From contig NW_021834742.1 in NCBI RefSeq assembly GCF_006345805.1, positions 1 through 44,076 of the forward strand: a stretch of 44,076 nucleotides of DNA, read 5' to 3'. This DNA comes from Octopus sinensis (lineage: Eukaryota). Both the position numbers and the translations under genes were made by a program. The notes beneath the pieces are model-generated. The model was not told the origin of the DNA. It made no database searches and saw nothing but the letters and a program-made list of their open reading frames with translations. Each line of letters starts with the position of its first letter. The first letter of the stretch is position 1. This document shows, piece by piece, positions 37,373 through 44,076 of this stretch.

Positions 37373-37825
37373 GCGTTTTATAGAGAAATAGGCACATAAA
37401 TAGACGGTCAGTGACATATTTGAATACATCGATGAATAGATATCGCTTAGCTATCAGATAACAAATAACTTATATTTGATATGACGCCGGCAGACGATAT
37501 TCTTGGATGTGTGGGATTATTTACAGGAAGATTGAAAACATAAACGAACGGTAATCGAAAATATTAACAGCTACAACAGCAACAACGACAACAACAACAC
37601 CAAAGACAGTCACGACAAAAGCAACAGCAAGAAAAACATTAATGACAAGACTATATATAGTAATCAGAACAACACGAATATTAACAAGAGCAACAACGTA
37701 AACAACAGTAATGAAGGCATCATCTATTATAGTGATGACGACAACGTGAAGAACAGTAAGAATAGTTACAACTACAATGATACGAAAAAATAGTATGAGA
37801 GATATGAACAAGAAAGACATGAACA

Positions 37826-38084
37826 GGCGCAGGAGTGGCTGTGTGGTAAGTAGCTTGCTTACCAACCACGTGGTTCCGGGCTCAGTCCCACTGCGTTAGT
37901 ACCTTAGGCAAGTGTCTTCTACTATAGCCTCGGGCCGACCAAAGCCTTGTGAGTGGATTTGGTAGACGGAAACTGAGAGAAGCCTGTCGTATATATGTAT
38001 ATGTATACATATATGTGTGTGTATATATGTATATATGTATATACGTATATATCTATATCTATATCTATATCTATCTATATATAT
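37826..38084 (+). mobile_element. Family A SINE 5' half plus central microsatellite (split copy)
   Basis: ggcgcaggagtggctgtgtggtaag...gaaactgagagaagcctgtcgt, then (AT/ATATCT)n. Confidence 0.92.
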
Positions 38085-39638
38085 AATTTACAAGATAAAG
38101 GCAAAAGAAAAATTCTAATGCCAAATATGCCGAAAAAAAGACAAAAATTGTCAATAACCATTTTAATTTGTGCGTCTCGAAACAAACCGATAGAAATTTC
38201 TAAAAATCCGTTATTACCGTATTGGTCCAATTTCGGGGTTAATTCATAAGAATTTTCCCCTCTTCAGCGATAAATACGTGAGATATAAGTGAAATACTTA
38301 CTCATACCCATGGAAAAAGCTAGCACCAAGTCCCGAGCAGACCTAAGTACCCCAAATATATCCAAAATAGAAAATCTTCGGCACATCTCGAGACACGTGT
38401 GATTCGAACTAGAAACTTTCACAGAGTGAGAGATTCCGGAAGTGAACACTATTAAATTTATAACTAATGTAGGATAAAAAATTTTTCGGGAAAAAAATTT
38501 TATCAATGGCCAGCATATCAAAAAATACGTTTAAAGGTTAAATTTATATATAATTTACAAGATAAGGGCAAAAGAAAAATTCTAATGCCAAATATGCCGA
38601 AAAAAAGACAAAAATTGTCAATAACCATTTTAATTTGTGCGTCTCGAAACAAACCGATAGAAATTTCTAAAAAATCCGATATTACCATATTGGTCCAATT
38701 TCGGAGTTAATTCATAAGAATTTTCCCCTCTTCAGTGATAAATACGTTCCTTTTGTTCGTAACTCTACTAGAACTCAGCAGCCAAATTAGAAAATTCTTT
38801 ATTTCCTCTTTTCTTGCCTTGCCCTCATCCACATACCTCCCTCTTTTTCTTTTACTTCCTCCCATCATCAGCATCTGGGGTACTTAGGTCTGCTAGGGAC
38901 TTAGTGCTTGCTTTTTCCATGGGTATGAGTAAGTATTTCACTTATATCTCACGTATTTATCACTGAAGAGGGGAAAATTCTTATGAATTAACCCCGAAAT
39001 TGGACCAATACGGTAATAACGGATTTTTTAGAAATTTCTATCGGTTTGTTTCGAGACGCACAAATTAAAATGGTTATTGACAATTTTTGTCCTTTTTCGG
39101 CATATTTGGCATTAGAATTATTCTTTTGCCCTTATATTGTAAATTATTTATAAATTCAACCTTTAAAGGTATTTTTTGATATGCTGGCCATTGATAAAAA
39201 TTTTTTCCGGGAAAAAAATTTTATCCTACATTAGTTATAAATTAAATAGTGTTCACTTCCGGAATCTCTCACTCTGTGAAAGTTTCTAGTTCGAATCACA
39301 CGTGTCTCGAGATGTGCCGAAGATTTTCTATTTTGGATATATTTGGGGTACTTAGGTCTGCTCGGGACTTAGTACTTGCTTTTTCCATGGGTATGAGTAA
39401 GTATTTCACTTATATCTCACGTATTTATCGCTGAAGAGGGGGAAATTCTTATGAATTAACCCCGAAATTGGACCAATAACGGATTTTTTAGAAATTTCTA
39501 TCGGTTTGTTTCGAGACACACAAATTAAAATGGTTATTGACAATTTTTGTCTTTTTTTCGGCATATTTGGCATTAGAATTTTTCTTTTGCCCTTATCTAG
39601 CAAATTATTTATAAATTTAACCTTTTATCCTACATTAG

Positions 39639-39641
<3 letters not shown>
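38085..39641. repeat. 1.55-kb inverted repeat built of a 467-bp tandem unit, inserted in a SINE
   Basis: Left arm: unit 38085-38551 plus partial unit 38552-38747. Right arm (reverse complement): 38876-39145, 39146-39607 and a short remnant to 39641. Confidence 0.95.
38746..38877 (-). other. Inverted copy of downstream unique flank 40086-40208
   Basis: Base-for-base reverse complement apart from a 9-nt indel (tcctctttt). Confidence 0.95.
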
Positions 39642-39722
<81 letters not shown>

Positions 39723-39982
39723 ATCTATCTATCTATATATGTGTGTGTGTGTGTGTGTATGCCTGTGTGTCTGTGTTTGTCCCTCTCCAACATCGCTTGA
39801 CAACCGATGCTGGTGTGTTTACGTCCCCGTAACTTAGCGGTTCGGCAAAAGAGACCGATAGAATAAGTACTAGGCTTACAAAGAATAGGTCCTGGGGTCG
39901 ATTTGCTCGACTAAAGGCGGAGCTCCAGCATGGCCGCAGTCAAATGACTGAAACAAATAAAAGGGTAAAAAGAGTAAAAAAG
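39642..39982 (+). mobile_element. (TCTA)n tract plus family A SINE 3' half (split copy)
   Basis: gtgtctgtgtttgtccc...gcagtcaaatgactgaaacaaataaaagggtaaaaagag completes the 37826 head. Confidence 0.92.
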
Positions 39983-40430
39983 TGCCTACGGTGTTAATTT
40001 CGCTGTTGTTGTTGTTATTGTTGTTAATGTTGTTGCTGGAAGTGGAAGTGGTGGCAGAGATGGTTATAGTCATAAAGAAGACCATCAGATGCTGATGATG
40101 GGAGGAAGTAAAAGAAAAAGAGGGAGGTATGTGGATGAGGGCAAGGCAAGAATAAAGAATTTTCTAATTTGGCTGCTGAGTTCTAGTAGAGTTACGAACA
40201 AAAGGAACAACAGCAACACAAACCGCAACAACAACAGCAAAAACAAAAATAACAACAATAGTGACAGCCAAACTGAAATGAAACAAATTCCTTGATACTC
40301 AAGTATGGAATCAAAGAGAAATGGTAATACTTTGATTTATTATGTAAGACATATAATTTACAGCGTTCTTGGGTGCATCTGCTTGGTTGCAAAATCTCTC
40401 TCATGCACGAGCGTACTGACACACACACAC

Positions 40431-40479
<49 letters not shown>

Positions 40480-40811
40480 CACACACACAACATTACAAAG
40501 GCCATAAATGTGTTCTGCTCCTCTTCATATAAATCTAAGTCGTTTGTCTTCTGGAGATAAGGATAAAAGTTATCGTTCTGATGACGGTTATCGAGGTAGA
40601 AACAAGTGTCTACGAATGTTCTCTTATGTCTTAACAATAAGCCTGTCTCTTTTCCTTAAGGGCATATCAACTTTGAAGAATTTTTGAATCTTGATTTTAT
40701 CTCTCCTCAAATGGAATTAGTTCAATTACCATTTCGTAATTAAGATTCATTCACTCGAGGTGGAGGTAATTCTAGCAAATCAAGAATTTATGTTGAATGC
40801 TATTTGATACC

Positions 40812-41010
40812 TTTTATCTTTTTTATTTGATTCAGTCATTTGACTGTGGCTATGTTAGGACATCGCCTTGAATGGTTTTAGTTAAACAAATCGATCCCAG
40901 GATATTTTTTGAAGCCGAACCACTAAGTTACAGGGACGAAAACACAAACTGAATCCGTAACCAAGTGGTTGGTAAGCAAGCTACTTACCACACAGCCACT
41001 CCTGTGCCTA
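40812..41010 (-). mobile_element. Family A SINE with multiple internal deletions
   Basis: ttcagtcatttgactgtggc (tail) and gctacttaccacacagccactcc (head) lie only ~200 bp apart. Confidence 0.75.
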
Positions 41011-41014
41011 TATA

Positions 41015-41094
<80 letters not shown>

Positions 41095-41097
41095 CTT

Positions 41098-41132
<35 letters not shown>

Positions 41133-41242
41133 ATATATATGTACTGCTGGAGACTTGTGCAGAAGCCTATCACGCAATGTATGTATGTATGTATGTATGT
41201 ATGCATGTATGTATGTATGTACGTATGTGTGCGTGTTAGTAC

Positions 41243-41353
41243 AGTCGGCCCGAGGCTATAGTAGAAGACACTTGCCCAAGGTGTCACGCAGTGGGACTGA
41301 ACCCAGAACCATGTGGCTGGTAAACAAGCTACTTACCACACAGCCACTCCTTT
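41243..41353 (-). mobile_element. Family A SINE 5' part
   Basis: gtcggcccgaggctatagtagaagacacttgcccaagg...cacacagccactcct. Confidence 0.88.
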
Positions 41354-41767
41354 AATCTATATATTTTTAATTTATGAACTAATTAGTTGTAAATCTTTAA
41401 ACGATGTCCACCAGTGTGGCCACTGATCCTTCCTATATTTATAACAATTAAACTATTAGTGTACACTTTAGTGCACTAACAATGCTACCAGTTGCACCCA
41501 GGGGCTATAATCTAGAGGTAACTGGTGGTGTTATTAGTTTAGACCCATTAGTTTCCTTCTAGATTTGTTTCCCGTACTTTATTTTACTTTATTTTATTTT
41601 ATTTTATTTATTATATATTATTTGATTATATCTGCTTCCTCGACTTTTGCTTGTCGTTTCCAGTTACAAATTATGTAACCGTAGCAGTAGTATAATATAT
41701 CCTAATACTTATGATTGATTGTGCGATATCTCGATAATGGATGAATCATGTGTGTGAAAAACGCCCA

Positions 41768-42010
41768 TATGCATATATATATATATATCCGCTCAGTCGA
41801 AGTCGACTCTCGGTTACTCGATGGATCAGTGTTCTCCAACCAGTTCTATCCTGGGTCGCTTGTTTCAGATTGGCTATGTCCATTCCGTGTCACTCTTGAT
41901 GACGTTGAGCCAATGGGTTCTTGGTTGGCCTCTTCTTCTCTTGCCACTGACCATTCCGAGTATGATGTCCTTCTCCGGGGATTTTCTCCGCATAATATGA
42001 CCTACATATA
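41768..42010 (-). mobile_element. BovB-like RTE LINE 3' end
   Basis: YVGHIMRRKSPEKDIILGMVSGKRRRGQPRTHWLNVIKSDT/DIANLKQATQDRTGWRTLIHRVTESRLRLSG matches the RTE ORF C-terminus (GHxMRR...GKRxRGR...DRxxWR...SRxRL); one frameshift. Confidence 0.85.
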
Positions 42011-42087
42011 CCAATCTATGCTTGGTGATATACGTAAATAATAATTATTTTGAATTTTTGAGACACAGGCAGCTTGGAGGAGGTGTT

Positions 42088-42233
42088 GAGCTGGTACTTA
42101 TTTTATCGATCCTGGAAAGATGAAAAGTTAAAGTCGACCTCAGTAGAATTTGAACTCAGAACGTAGCGACGGGCGAAATATACCGCTATGCATTTCGTCC
42201 AGTATGCTGATGATTCTGCCAGCTCTTCACCTT
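42088..42233 (-). mobile_element. Family B SINE 5'/central part
   Basis: ggtacttattttatcgatcc...gtcgacctc...atttgaactcagaacgtag...attctgccagctc. Confidence 0.75.
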
Positions 42234-42590
42234 ATATTTACGTAAATAATAATATATAGACTGATTTGGTCTCTTAAACAAAATGATGAACTTTTATTTA
42301 TAAAATTACTACTTTGATATAAGTACTTTGTACGAGAAGCGTGTTTGTGTGTGAGTATGAATGTGCGTGTGTGAATGTATGTATGTTAAAGTATGTGTAC
42401 GAATGTGCCTGAGACTATTCATATGAGATGTATGTGTGTGTGTATGTTGGTGCCGTTATCAATGGTCTTGGAATGACATTTCTGTCGTTCAAAATCAGCT
42501 GCGCGTGAAATTCCAACAGTTCACAATGCACCCAAGTACCTCTGCTGAAGAAAGCATGGTATTTCACAAACCAACCCTCTTATAAAGATA

Positions 42591-42977
42591 CTAGCAGTGT
42601 CGCCCGGCGTTGCTCGGGTTTGTTTCGACTCTTTAGAATTGGAATTTTTGAAAAGTAAAAATTTTGCATTGTGTAGCTTGTTATTCTCTTTAAGTGAACA
42701 TTTTTCTGGTTGAAATACACCGAAAAATGGCGACACAGCAGTCAAAAAATCGTAAAAAATAGGGATTTTCATAGAAAAAAAAGCACCTTTTTTTTTTTTT
42801 GGTGTTAACATGGTCCGATTTGAATTTTTTCTTCTACGGAAGGAAGAGCAAGCCTTCTTCTATCATACTCTCAATTTTGGTCAACTTGCGCCGCAGAGTC
42901 TCGGAGGAGATAGTGTTAGTTGAAGGCTACCAAACCTGCCATACACAGACAACTTCAACTTTATATATATATAGAGA
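42591..42977 (-). mobile_element. Non-autonomous Helitron (387 bp)
   Basis: Minus strand A|TCTCTATATATATATAAAG start; 3' hairpin (42603-42618) plus CTAG|T; 32 of 33 terminal bases identical to the 12783 element. Confidence 0.88.
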
Positions 42978-43652
42978 TTAAACCTTATTTTACTTTTTTT
43001 ATACTTTTCCTTTTGTTTATTTCTTTGATTATTTAGCTTATTTATTTTCTTACCATTTTGCTTTATTTATTTAAATTCTGCGGGGATGGTCAACTAAATT
43101 TGTGGGAAGTAAATCTTTATGATACACTTTTCTTATTTTGCCTTTCATTTTTTGATTTTATTGCATTCATTTTTAAGTCTTTTCTAACTTCGTATTAATC
43201 TACAGACATCCCTTCTTTAATCTATTTCATATACAGTAATATGGCGTATATGGATTACATAATATGGATTGTCTGTGAATATTCAATGAGTACCTCAGAC
43301 TCTTGGCCACTATCTTTTCAGCCTTATATTTTGTGGTCAGAGGGGAAATAACACTAATTCCTACTCCCACCCTTTTTGCTCCTTTTTGACCTTTTCTTTC
43401 ACTTTTTCGGTTTTTCAACTTTCTATCTTTTATATCTACTTCTTTCTCGCCTTTTCTCGCTATTTCTCACATCCTATCGTCTTATTTTTAGCTTGCTATG
43501 TCATGTGGGCAATGCCTGAAGACTGCGCTGAGACACCAGACGTGTTAAAAGCATGCTTCCATCGCATGAAACTAACAGTAGCACATAAAAAAATATATTG
43601 TGTTTATTAAAAAGCACACACACACACACACACACACGTATATATATATATA

Positions 43653-43911
43653 AGATGGGGGTCATCTTTACTTTGTTATCTCCCCTACTTCTTCGCCCTC
43701 CTGTGTGACCCTTCTGTCCGGCAGTCGCCATGATAGATCGTTAGTCACAACACACATTTTTTTCTCTCCTTGTTTTTTTCTGTGTCCGTTTCTGTAGAAG
43801 AGCGTAGGCTCGAAACGTAAAAGACTTTTTCTATTCCTGGGCGTTATACTAATACATCTGTTTGTTTTGTACACACCTGTCTTCGTCTTTTGTTTTATTC
43901 GTAAACTCTCC

Positions 43912-43916
<5 letters not shown>
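43653..43916 (+). mobile_element. Penelope-type terminal repeat fragment, copy 2
   Basis: Homologous to 35083-35265; followed by a long (TA)n. Confidence 0.65.
43789..43823 (+). ncRNA. Minimal type I hammerhead-like motif, variant core
   Basis: ttt CTGTAGA A GAGC-gtag-GCTC GAAA C GTA aaa; predicted cleavage after 43819. Confidence 0.5.
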
Positions 43917-43977
<61 letters not shown>

Positions 43978-43983
43978 CATATA

Positions 43984-44076
43984 TGGGGTGTTCCATAAGC
44001 TCCGGATTTGAATTGGGTGACAATTTTGTGTTTTGAAGTTTGAAGGCCTGCTTTTATCCTGTTTGCTATAGGAAGA
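43984..44076 (+). mobile_element. Possible Tc1/mariner-type terminus running off the window
   Basis: TA followed by tggggtgttccataag, resembling CAGGGTG-type TIR starts; the other end is not visible. Confidence 0.25.

Noticed and set aside
38085-39641. Palindrome as a pure sequencing fold-back artefact
   Set aside because: The four unit copies carry private substitutions and indels, and the spacer differs from its source by a 9-nt indel. Not fully excluded without reads.
42581-42590. tataaagata abutting the Helitron as a tandem Helitron junction
   Set aside because: Only a 9-nt AT-rich match to the 13171-13179 terminus, with no further homology upstream.
43516-43580. CTGAAGA...GAAAC as a hammerhead core
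   Set aside because: Stem II lacks the G10.1-C11.1 pair and no NUH site with stems I and III can be formed; at most a decayed Penelope-type end.

Overview
AT-rich, microsatellite-saturated eukaryotic non-coding DNA. The repeat repertoire (tRNA-headed CORE-type and Meta-type SINEs, R4/Dong, RTE, Tx1/L1 and Penelope relics, mariners, small Helitrons) points to an octopod cephalopod, Octopus-like; this is inferred from repeat types, not from a database search. I find no intact host gene, rRNA, tRNA or CRISPR array. Nearly all long ORFs in the track are translations of simple repeats. Main structures: (1) a 1.55-kb palindromic insertion (38085-39641) built from a 467-bp unit. It splits a SINE, and its centre is an inverted copy of unique flanking DNA 1.2 kb downstream, joined by 2-nt microhomologies. 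(2) Candidate self-cleaving RNAs: an HDV-like fold at the 5' end of a bipartite non-autonomous RTE (36974-37057) and two variant minimal hammerheads in Penelope-type terminal repeats (35178-35212, 43789-43823). (3) A 3.3-kb nest (16819-20110) in which an R4/Dong RT relic can be re-read across a Helitron, a LINE/SINE insert and a Gypsy-type solo LTR. (4) A SINE whose 3' tail matches the 3' end of a Tx1/L1-like LINE in the same window. Protein-family assignments are from my recall of family motifs; no searches were run.
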